Shown: positions 10,874-21,299 of the stretch, one piece after another
How positions within the stretch are numbered: position 1 is the stretch's first letter
How the letters are laid out: every line of letters starts with the position of its first letter
Assembly (NCBI GenBank): GCA_965645245.1
Contig: OZ287069.1
Location: 2,790,001-2,854,000, forward strand
DNA length: 64,000 nucleotides
Reading direction: 5' to 3'
Source of the DNA: Massalongia carnosa
Lineage: Eukaryota
Notes under the pieces: generated by a model
What the model was told of the DNA's origin: nothing
What the model saw: only the letters and a program-made list of their open reading frames with translations
Databases searched by the model: none
Translations under genes and position numbers: made by a program

Positions 10874-12640
10874 TATAACAGTGGTGATTATTCTAGTGCC
10901 AGCGCTGTCGCTGGAAAATTTCACGTCGATTCGAGGACACTTCGTCGAAGGCTCAATGCAGGGGCTTCCAAATCAACTCGTTTACCAAGCAACAAAGCAA
11001 TTACAGATGCACAAGAAAAAGCTATTTGTGCTTATATTGAGCGATTGGATCATATGGAACAATCAGCTAAGCTCTCGATGGTTCGTGGAGCTGCTAATTA
11101 CCTGCTCGGTCGAGCATTAGTTGGACAAATTGATCTTGATCAAACCGGCACTCCACTTCGTACCGTAAGCGCCATGTGGACCAGACGATTTTTAAAACGT
11201 CATCCGGAGTACTTCAAATGTAAACAAAAAACCCTCGCTGTTGAAACATTCACATGATTCGGAGAGTATGATGAAGCATTTTGAGCAGTACAAGGTCCTT
11301 CGAGAATTGAGGGGAATCGTGGACGAGGACCCCTGGAACATGGATGAAACGGGCTTTCGAATTGGCTGTGGAAGAGCTCATTGGGTGATTTCGACTCATT
11401 CTCATAAGCCTCTTTTGATGACGGATCCAGACAACAGAGACTACATCACCTCGGTGGAAAGTATTAGTGGTGGAGGAAGGGATATTCCCCCCATGATCAT
11501 ACTTCCTGGCGTACAAATCAAAGAGTAATGGGTCTTGGAAAATGATTTGGATGATGACATTCTTTTCGCCGTCAGTTCAACTGGTTATTCGAATGATGAT
11601 CTCGCTATTGATTAGTTGAAACATTTTGATAAACATAGTGCAAAAGGGCAATTTGGTGCATGGAGGTTGTTGATTTTGGACAGATATGGATCTCATATGA
11701 CGTATGAATTTTTCGAGTATGCACAGAGCAAGCACATCGATTGTTCAGCTTACCTGCTCATTCCACTCATTTGACCCAACCACTGGACGTTGGATGCTTT
11801 CAGCCTTTTAAACACTATCATGCTGAGGCCATTGATGAGGCTATTCGTGCCGGAGGAGGGGAGTTCAACAAGATCAACTTTTTGTCGATTTTTCAGGATA
11901 TGCGCCTCAAAACATTCACCAAATCGACGATTTTAGCTGCATTCAGAAACACAGGACTAGTGCCTTATAATCCGAATGTGGTCATCTCGAAAATCGAGGC
12001 GCAAAGTCCGACTACCCCTCCACCCCCACCATCGGCCCCATTATTGGCCAGAACATCTCGCACTTCCACTGAGGTCATCATCTTTGGCACTAAACTTCAA
12101 AGAAGCATGTAGGCAAATGATGCTATCGACGGAAATTATAGGTTGCATGTCGAGCGCTTTTTCAAAGGTGCTATGGCTAGCGCTCATGCTCAGCAATTGG
12201 CTGAAAGGGACTTATTGACCTCAGCCAGAGCCTCAATTGCTAAGGCAGCGCGTAAAAAGCCTGCTGGAACTGTTGCTCAGTCAGGTGGGGTCATCGCCGT
12301 TCGAGATGTACGTGCTAAAGTCACCAAACGACATGAAGATGAGGTGGAAAAGGCACAGAAGGCCTTGGACCGAGCTAAAGCGGCCGCATTGAAAAAGCAA
12401 CAGGTCATCGACAACGCCGAAAAGAAGCTCTGGAAAGGACTGTTTCGTGAAGCCAATATCTTCCTCCGAGCACGTAAAAAATGGGAGGTTGAAAGGACCA
12501 AATGGTGGAAAGTTTTTCGTAGTCAAATTGAACATGCTAGTTAATTTGGTCTTTGAACCGTTTTGGACTTTGAGCCGTTGGGCACTAGTAAGCGAAAACG
12601 ATTACTGGTGGTGTGGCACGATTATCCGTGCCACCCACAT
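10874..12640 (+). mobile_element. Fot1/pogo-family DNA transposon, 5'-truncated, pseudogenised transposase
   Basis: HTH region (TLRRRLNAG..TDAQEKAICAYIERLD), WTRRFLKRHP, WNMDETGFRIG, LILDRYGSH, PAHSTHLTQPLDVGCFQPFKHY, AFRNTGLVPYNP. It has frameshifts near 11240 and 11740 and in-frame stops near 11526, 11613 and 12110. A likely right TIR with an internal GTGGCACG/CGTGCCAC hairpin lies at about 12613-12640; no left TIR is visible. Confidence 0.85.
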
Positions 12641-15243
12641 CGCTCGGTTCGTCTCGCTTACCCCAACGAGCCTGACGGACGGCTACAGCCACGCTGCATT
12701 TCTTCCCCCCTAGTAAAAGTCACTGGTGTGATTTTCAAGATGACATACCGGCCCTAGTCAGCCTATTCATTTTCCATCGTGTGAAAGATCCATGGTACGG
12801 AAGAGCTATGGATCCCCGAAGCTTGGGCAAGATATTTGGGCGGCACAACTAAAGGAATCAACCACCAAAGACTACAGATTCGCCACTTTTTTTGGAGGTA
12901 AAATCTTATTTCTTTAGGGTCCTCTTCGGCAGGAGCGTTGTCCATTCATAAGGCTGCCTTTAGCGGCATGCGTGATAAGCCATTTCAACTTCGTCAAAGC
13001 AGACCCGAAGCGCTGGATCCCATGCACTGATAATCCACAGGGAGATTGGTCCAAACTCGATAATAGGTATTTCGATCCGACGGTTGATCATCAGTCATTA
13101 GTACCGGGTATCTCGGAATTCTTGCATAGCGTCGTGAAAGAAACCTTGATTGTCGAAGCTGATCAAGGTTGGAGTGAAGGATCTCGATGTTGTATAATCG
13201 GCGAAGAATGTCACAACCTCGAAGCAAGAGGCTTCACTGGCTAGAAGGATGCTTTACGGGATGTGCTGCTTGCTGGAAGGAGGGCTGGTGAATTTTTATT
13301 CAGCTCTCTTTGATGATTTTCTTTGCCAGACCTATGTCTTGATCTTATTTGTCATCCCCACTAGCAGAAGATATAACAACGCTGATCTTTGAGCGTTGGG
13401 CTTCAAGGAATCGCAACAACGCTTGCAGCAGGCATACAAGAGGTAATGTCTTCATCAAGTCTCCCGAATCATCCGAGGGTTGTAGCATCAAGAGTTCCGT
13501 GCGGGTAAGCGTTGCATGAGATCTGACGACGCGCCTTTAGAAATGTGCATAAGCCTGTGCAACGATAGGTCTCGTAGGCTTTATCTAAGAAAAACAAGGT
13601 GATGCTGCAATATCTTCTATTCGTTACATCTGTGGATTAGTATATCAATCGTATGGCGTTCGAACAACCTTCGGGTCCTTAATGTGCTTGTGATGGACCT
13701 CTAATTCTACCGGTAAAGACGGTATCAGTTGGGAAAATGTAGCGGCTTGTCACATCTGGTTCTTGCGTGTGCCAGGATAGGCATAGACCTCTGGCCGGCT
13801 TAAACTTGGCAGAGAGATAGCTTCAACAGGAAAGAACACGACTACAAGGACGATGAAGCACGGCAAAACCTTACAACCGTTGAGCACAAATCTGCAACGA
13901 GATTGGCGCCACGTCATGGTCAAGATGTTTCTACAAGATAGACAGTTCTCGGTTAGCTTGATGAAGAGCATTATCCAGACTTAGCTTCTGCGTTAGAAGC
14001 TCGACGTGGTGCAATACCTCAGAGCAGTTACATACGTCTTGTTCTTGGTCTCCGCCAGTAGCGATTGATACAATGATCACTTCGACTGGATCTGCGCCTC
14101 ATTTTTTTCTCTGATAACTACCCAACGGCCTTCTAACTCCTGACATCGACATAATCATCGCATCTATAACTCGAAGGCTCAGATCGTACTCTTTCCTATA
14201 AGGTTAGTCGTCTTTCGCGTTACTTATTCTCAATTTCAGCCACAGCGTCCAGACTACTCCAGATAGTCTACTCCTTCTACTCCTTTCTATCAATAAATAT
14301 ATCATCTTCCCACGAGCCACGAGCGATGTTTCTGTAGCACAGCTTGCTATTAACTGCATCCTCTGCAGATTGCAAATCAGCTAAGCAGTTCTTTCCAACT
14401 TACTCCAATGCAACGAGAGGGAAACCTGGAAGAGAATGTCCTGCACAACATGATGCTCCAGAAACTAATTCCACGACTACTAGCCACTACTGGGTAGGAT
14501 AGCTAGGGCTAACAGAAGAATACTACCTGCGAACCTCAGAGCCCTAAATAAAATCGTCACAAATCTCTATCGAGGTTTCCTTCCTCCTTCTCCATATAGC
14601 CCTCAATGAGAAATCCCTCCTCCTAAGAACCTCCACCGAATCTCTGACCCACCCCATCTTCCCACATCTACAATCATCCACCCCCAACCCAGTTCCACCC
14701 TCTCATCCCACCTGCCCAACTCCGTAAAGGGAAAACGGAAGAAAGTAAAAAAGACCGAAAAAGAAATAAACGTGGGGGAAGTTCGTTAGTTGTTAGTCGC
14801 TGGTATCGGCGAGGGAGGAGGTGAATAAGAAAGAAATGATGTATGTGTTAGTAAGTATACCTCATAGATAATGGATTTGGTAACTGGATGGTTCGATTGA
14901 TTCGTGTAAGGGGGAAGTTAAAGAGAAGGTAGGAAATAACTTTCTAGCTAGCTAGCTGCACGGGTTCTCGTTTGCGATTTACCTACGTATTGACCTGTCT
15001 ATGCTTTTCTTGCGCACGATCCAGATCGACAGCAGTTGTGCTTTCTTCCTTTCCTCTCCCTTCGTAGCTCGTAGCTCATCGCCTTCTCTTCACTCTTTCC
15101 AAAACCAAGAAAGGAGAAGACAAAAGAGAGGAAGAAAGAAAGGGGAGCTTCTTCCTAAACAAAAACAAACTCAGGCATTGGTCAAGAAGAACCCAGCAAA
15201 TTTACTCGGAATTTTTCCCCCCAACAAATCCCAACATCCACAT

Positions 15244-17061
15244 TCACGGCTTCACGCTCGCCACCAACGCCACGACTTCCAGCGCCGCGAACATTGCCGA
15301 CGATGTCAAAAAATTGATCCGACGGGACCCGTCGCCCGCCTCGCTCCGGCCGACGGAGAATAGGCGGGCCATCAGCGGCCCGCCGATAAGTTTCGCCATC
15401 GTCTCGACGACAGCCATGGTGGTGAACATGCGGGCGTTGCGGGCGCGGTCGATTAGCGACGTGGCGAGCCCTTGCAGCGCGGGTTCAAGGCCTTCGGAGA
15501 GGCCGCAGGTGAAGAGCGCTGTTGGTTTTGTGCATAGTTAGCATGGTCCAATAGAGGATTTTGGGGCTTTGTGGTTGGTGTGGATGGGGGGCGGAGGAGA
15601 AGGGGAAAGGGGAAAAAGGTACACTTACCAACGACCAACATCCAGCTAGCTCTGGCCTGCCACAGCATCCCAAACCCCACAACCGCCACGCACAGGCTGC
15701 CACGGATGACCTCAAGATCTAGCTTCTGCGCGCGGTATCCTCGGCGAATCAAACGCGTAGACAACAGCGGGAGCAAAGCGACGGTCACGAGGGTAGAGCC
15801 AGCCGCTTGGGAGACGCGGAGCCAGGTGGTTTGGCGCATTTCCCAGCCAAAAGTCTCGCTGGCAAATTGGTAGGTGAAGGCTTTACTAATGAGAGCGATG
15901 GGCTTAAGGAAAAAGAGGAGGAAGACGAAGGGGAGGGTGGGAATGCGGAAGAGGGCGATGATTTCGCGGAGGGTGCTTGTCCAAGCAGAGGAAGACACTG
16001 CATGGGCTGGATATTGAGAGTTGTTGTGAGTGTGCAACAGGGCTTCATTTTCTGGTAAAGGGCGAGATTCGTTATTGTCGATGATGGGTACGGTTGTTTG
16101 GATAGGGGGGATGATTGCATCTCGATTTGTGGCTTCGCGTTTCAAGGATTCAGGCATGGCCCAGATGATGATGTATGACGTGGCCAGAAGCCCACAAGCA
16201 AATTCGTATGGGAGCCAAAGGCTAATCTTCATAAACACATTTGCAAAGGGTGGGGCGATCAAAGTGACCAGGTGAGGTATCGACGAGAGAAGATACATAT
16301 ATCGGGTGCTAAATCGGAGTTCAACAACGGCTCGGGCGTGGGAATTGTCATGCGTAACATGCTTACCGGTGTGATTGATCGACGGTATCTGCAACAATGG
16401 TGAAGAGCATGGACTTATGAACTCTTTGTCCACCCCCAATGAATATAAAGATGGATGAAGCCCACACCATTTCCACTGGCAACGTCCGATCAGAGTAGCA
16501 TACCAATACAATACAGATCAAGCTCGTAATCATGCCAGTAGTGAACAAAACTAGAACGGGTTTCCTGCCGAATTGATCGGCAAAGGATCCATAAAAGATT
16601 GCTGTCAATAGGCCTTCGTACTCTTTCGTTAGCATACCCAAAAAATGCGAAAAAAGGAACATCTCCTTACCCGGAAGCGCGTCGAAGGAGAATTTCCACC
16701 CAACAACATAGGCCAGCTTGTTTTGCACAGGAACCGCTTTGCACAGGTTTCCAGAAATCTCCTGGGCATCACGCAATGCACCATCGCCTCGAGAACGGTA
16801 ATACTGCCTGCAAATCGTCCTTTCTAGCAGCGCGATAAACGGGACTTCCACGACATGCTTCGCAAAACTCGCTAAGAAATACAGCGTAAATGTACACAAT
16901 AAGATGGGGGTTTCCTCTCGACGCCAGAAACCCCTCAACGAAGTCGTCTTGCGTGCCAACCATAGCCGTGTGCGCGACTGGCTTGGGGGTGGCGAAACCA
17001 CCGAATGGATCGACTTTGGTGACAACAGAGGCTGGCTCTCGTTCTCCACAGACGAAGTCAT
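15244..17061 (-). CDS. Major facilitator superfamily (MFS) transporter
   Basis: Multi-exon hydrophobic protein with ESQPLL, LLERTICRQYY, GSFADQFGRKPVL (MFS motif A-like), FIFIGGG and ETMAKLIGGPLM; GT-AG introns join the ORF pieces. Confidence 0.85.
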
Positions 17062-17321
17062 ACTAGAAAACCGCTATGAAGCCTGGAAGTCAGGGCGGAC
17101 GAAGCTTGCTTTCATCATTGTTCACATCTCCTTGAATGGAGCTCATTCGAGCCAACAGATGGCGAACCAACAGGTGGCAGTGCAGGCACCTTGTAGGCAG
17201 CAACTTTCTGATGTCGCTCTAAGCATAAAGATGAAACGCTGCATAGTTGGATCACAAGCGCATCTTACATCGTCGAATTATCCGTAGGTAAAATATTGCG
17301 TAGGGCGCAGGGCAGTACATA

Positions 17322-18660
17322 CAGTCCCGTGTCAAAGGTTTCCGACACTACCCGCGATTTTCGTGATTTCGCGTTTTAACCTACCAACCCATCAACTTTG
17401 ATCTCATCATTTCACCATGCCACGCACTCCGTTGACTTCAATTTCTGGTAATAAGCTTCGTAATATCGAATTGAATCAATGTCAAAGAGGTATGATTATT
17501 GGAGCCCAGGCTTTGGGGCATGCATCGGCCGAAATTGCAAAGACATTAAATGTGCCTCGAACCACCGTCATTTACACTCTTCAAAAGCACTCAGAACGCA
17601 ACAACGAAAAGTCCAAATCGCGATCGGGTCGGCCTGGAATATTCTCGGACCGCGACCGAAGACGTATCATCAAACTTGCACGAATCAATCCACGCATCAC
17701 CTACGCGCAGCTGCGTACGGAGGTTGGGGTGCAATGTAGTCGATCCACTCTCTATCGGACGCTCAAAGACTATGGTCTAACAAACTGGCTGGCTAAAAAG
17801 CGGCCTTTATTGACGCCCGAGGTGGCAAAGAAGAGACTGGACTGGTGCTTGCTTCGGCGTGAGTGGACTTTTTGAGCAGTGGTCAAAAATAATATGGTCA
17901 GACGAGTGCTCGGTGGAAAAGGGGTCGGGCAAACAGCGTCAATGGGTGTTCAGATTTCCGGACGAAAAATGGAAAAAACCTATGATACAACCGTACGGCA
18001 AAGGTAAAGAGGTCAAGGTCATGGTATGGGGGGCTTTTTGGGGGGGGGGAAGGTCGGATATCTACAAATTGGCCCGTGATTTCGAGGCAAAGAAGATGGG
18101 GTACTCCGCGAATTCATATTTGGAATTATTGAACGATAATCTGCTTGGAATTTGGGAACCAGGTCTCATTTTCATGCAGGATAATGCCCCCATTCACACT
18201 GCCAAAAAGGTGAAGAAATGCTTCGATGAAAACGGTATAACAGTCATCGATTGGCCCCCTTATTCTCCTGATTTGAATACCATCGAGTACGTTTGGTACG
18301 TGCTCAAAAAGCTCGTCTATCAGGTCAATCCGGACATCGACTCGGTGACTGGTAGTGATGATAGGGTCCGCGAGGTACTTTGGAAAGCTTTGGAAGAAGC
18401 ATGGGCCTTGATAAATGAGGAAATGCTGAAGAGTTTAGTAGACAGCATGAAAAGGAGGATTGAAGCTTGTATCCAGTCAAAAGGATAGTATACGAAATAT
18501 TAAAAATATATTTCTCAGCCCAATGTGCTTGCTATAATGTATGTAATCATCGTAGGAAGTTTCAAGACATCAAAATAACAACGTGATGGTTGATAATTCA
18601 AAGCAGTGGGGGGGTAAAAAGTTGATGGTGGGGCTGTCGGAAACTTTTGACCTAGTACTG
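17322..18660 (+). mobile_element. Tc1/mariner (DD34E) transposon, complete, 1339 bp
   Basis: 26-bp imperfect TIRs (CAGTCCCGTGTCAAAGGTTTCCGACA vs reverse complement CAGTACTAGGTCAAAAGTTTCCGACA, 21/26 identical). TA TSD at 17320-21 and 18661-62 within a palindromic TACA-TA-TGTA target. Confidence 0.95.
17417..18503 (+). pseudogene. Tc1 transposase split by a +1 frameshift and carrying a late TAG
   Basis: ORF1 is the paired-like HTH region (RSGRP, KKRPLLT). ORF2 has WSDE, VMVWG, FMQDNAPIH and WPPYSPDLNTIE, with 34 residues between D2 and E. The shift is at ACT TTT TGA G (17867-17876). GGA TAG TAT ACG AAA TAT TAA reads as an interrupted GWYTKY terminus. Confidence 0.9.
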
Positions 18661-18755
18661 TATGTAATCAAAATAACCTACCTGTTACCTAGCCTATTCC
18701 CATTGATTACGTCCATGACAATCCTTTCTACAGAGAGGCCTTGCAGAGTAATTAT

Positions 18756-20921
18756 CCCTCTCGCTGTCATTCTAGCACCCCCCCCCCAAGCTAATCTATA
18801 TTGGACTAGCTTCCGCACCGATGAGTCATCAGAACATTAGTTTTCTCTAGAGTGTTTGCGCGTTTGTTTACTTTTCAAAGAATACTATTCGGTCATTCAA
18901 TCAAAATAAATCACATAAATTACTATTCTTCTAGCTTCGGAATTGATATTATAAGTATGACGCTCAATGAAGAAGAAATCCCGAGTGTATCAGACAAATC
19001 TCCCATTTCAGCGAAGCAACATAAAATAAATCGCAAAAGAAGTGTTCGGGATATTTTAATCGACCTTCCCCCTATTTCCTCAAAATATCCCCCCATTCGG
19101 GTTGAAAACAGGCCTTTTGTTCCGCTCGTTGAAAACGATTCTCGAAATCCTTTGGGATTATTTCGGTTATTTATAACAAGGCAGCATTGTCGTATCATCG
19201 CAAATCATACCAATATCAAGGCAAATAACTACATGGAAAAGGAGAAGGAGAACAATCATCGGGTTTGGACTGACACTACTGACTCGGAAATTGAGATTTT
19301 TTTGGGCATATTAATTCTTATGGGACTCGATCATCTACCTGCTACAGAGGATTATTGGAATCAACGTCCTGACAAACCAGTTATCATGCCTATTCTGTCC
19401 GCGATGTCGCTTGGTCGATTTCAACAAATCAAACGATTTTTGAAAATCAATAATGGACAGACTGAGCCTATCGGACTTGGTCAAGGACCTGATTGGTGGA
19501 AGAAACTGGAACCGTTGGCTACTGATTTCCGAAAGACTTCATTGAAACATTGCAGACCAGGAAGTATGATATCTATAGATGAACAGCTGGTGTTATTCAA
19601 GGGCCGTTCTCGACATACCTTGCAGATTACTACAAAAAGTGCCCATAAAGGATTTAAAATCTACAGTCTCTGTCAGGATAATTATCTGTTGTCATTTATG
19701 TTTGCCTCGAAGAGTAGCAGAATAAGTTAATTGAAAACAGTCAGACAATTGGGATTTTTGCCAAAAGATAAACTAACTCCTAGTGCTTTGCTAGTGATTC
19801 AGTTATGTAAAGAACTTCCATCCTCACTGAATTATCATCTTTTCTGTGATAATTTCTTTACTAGTACGAAATTATTCAAGGCACTTCGATCAATCGGAAT
19901 AGCTGCCAGTGGAACTGCTAAAAAGGGCTCGGGCTTTCCAGAAGAATTGTTGGCCATACGGGACGTCACTTCAAAAGGAAAAGACTGGGGTCTTCAGGCC
20001 CATATGGTGGTCGACGATAAGGTGCTTTGTATGGGCTGGGTGGATAATAATGGTGTGCAGTACATGACCACCGGTCATTCTCCTCAGGACTTGTACGAAA
20101 TGCACTATATAAATCCGCACAAGAGATATGGAATTCCCGAGACCTCTCTTCAACCTATTGTATCGTATTTCCCATCAACTCTGGCTCACTCCATTCCCTT
20201 GCTCAATCAAGAGGTTCAACGGCCCTTAGGATTACCGATACCAGCCCCAATCAAAGAATATAATCTTCATATGGGGGGATCGGATGGAAACGCTCAGCAA
20301 CGAGCGATTTACTCATACAATCGTCGAACGGATCGTTACTGGTGGCCTTTGTTCATTTTTATTTTAGATGCAGCCGGATTGAATGCCTATAAACTTTACT
20401 CGCTGAACTCTTTCGATTCCGAGGAGATAAAATTTACTCGTTCTGAATTTCTTCGTCGGATTGCTCTTGAACTGATATCAAATCAAGCGGGCATCAGGCC
20501 CGGCTCATCAAAGATAAGCATCAATACCACGATTGATGCTTTAGTACCATCTCCCATTCATCATTACGTTCGTCTTGAAGGCAGAAAAAGATGTGTGCAA
20601 TGTAACGCCGAGAAAAAACGACCTTCAAAGCGGAAGGGAGAGCCACTGGCTGAAATAAGTGTCGATGGGCGTAAAAGAAGGCGAAGGGGTGCTCAGACTA
20701 TATGGGCTTGTGGAGGATGTAATCCAATCAGGCCCTGCTGTAAGAAAGCCAGCTGTTGGGAAGCTATTCATATGATAGGGGACGAGTAAATAGGTATCTG
20801 ATACTCCGTACAACTTCTTGTGAATAGGAATAACATTGATTGGTCAAAAGTTTAAGGTTTAGCGCTTTCTAACCAACAATGGTTTAGCTTGGGGGGGGGT
20901 GCTAGAATGACAGCGAGAGGG
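18756..20921 (+). mobile_element. piggyBac-like transposon, complete, 2166 bp, non-TTAA flanks
   Basis: About 39-bp TIRs CCCTCTCGCTGTCATTCTAGCA-Cn-AAGCTAA, identical except C10 vs G9. The left flank is TTAT (18752-55) and the right flank is ATAA (20922-25). Confidence 0.92.
18957..20789 (+). pseudogene. piggyBac (PGBD/DDE_Tnp_1_7) transposase with one in-frame TAA
   Basis: IDEQLVLFKGR (D1), KGFKIYSLC, FCDNFFTS (D2), YNLHMGGSD (D3), YWWPLF and a C-terminal Cys-rich domain (CVQC..CGGC..CC..C). The two ORFs are in the same frame, separated only by TAA at 19728-19730. Confidence 0.9.
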
Positions 20922-21299
20922 ATAAAAGATAAAGTACATATCAAGATTTTTGGAGTGAAAGACTTCAAACTAGGACGGATCCCCTAACGAATATTGACAT
21001 CTCATTCAGCCTCACGGCTTAAGAACATACTCTCTCCACACATTGCGTAAATTACTAGCCTTATGAGAATATCACTCAATCCAACCCCCTTTGAAGAGAA
21101 CCTAGAGATTCTCAGATCTTATGCATGTTGACCTATTAATCTTGCTGCGACGGGTCAACCGAGCCAGGAACAAAATATTTGTTCCTGAGGAACCTCCACA
21201 GGCACCTTATTCGCTCTGTATACGCTTGCGTGGCTTTCCTCCATCGAGGAAAAATCCGGAGCAAGGCCAGGGACCGGAGGTCTGCTTGGGCCGTAGTCT

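Noticed and set aside
10560..10880. Possible solo LTR ending in TATAACA that truncates the pogo element
   Set aside because: No TG start with a matching 5-bp TSD was found, and TATAACA also reads as in-frame transposase codons.
12700..14600. Coding-like fragments and splice-like signals on the minus strand
   Set aside because: No recognisable motif and no consistent gene model.
18486..18488. TAG at Trp positions (Tc1, pogo, nuclease relic) as A-to-I-editable stop codons
   Set aside because: The same ORFs carry frameshifts or other stops; G>A decay is the simpler explanation.
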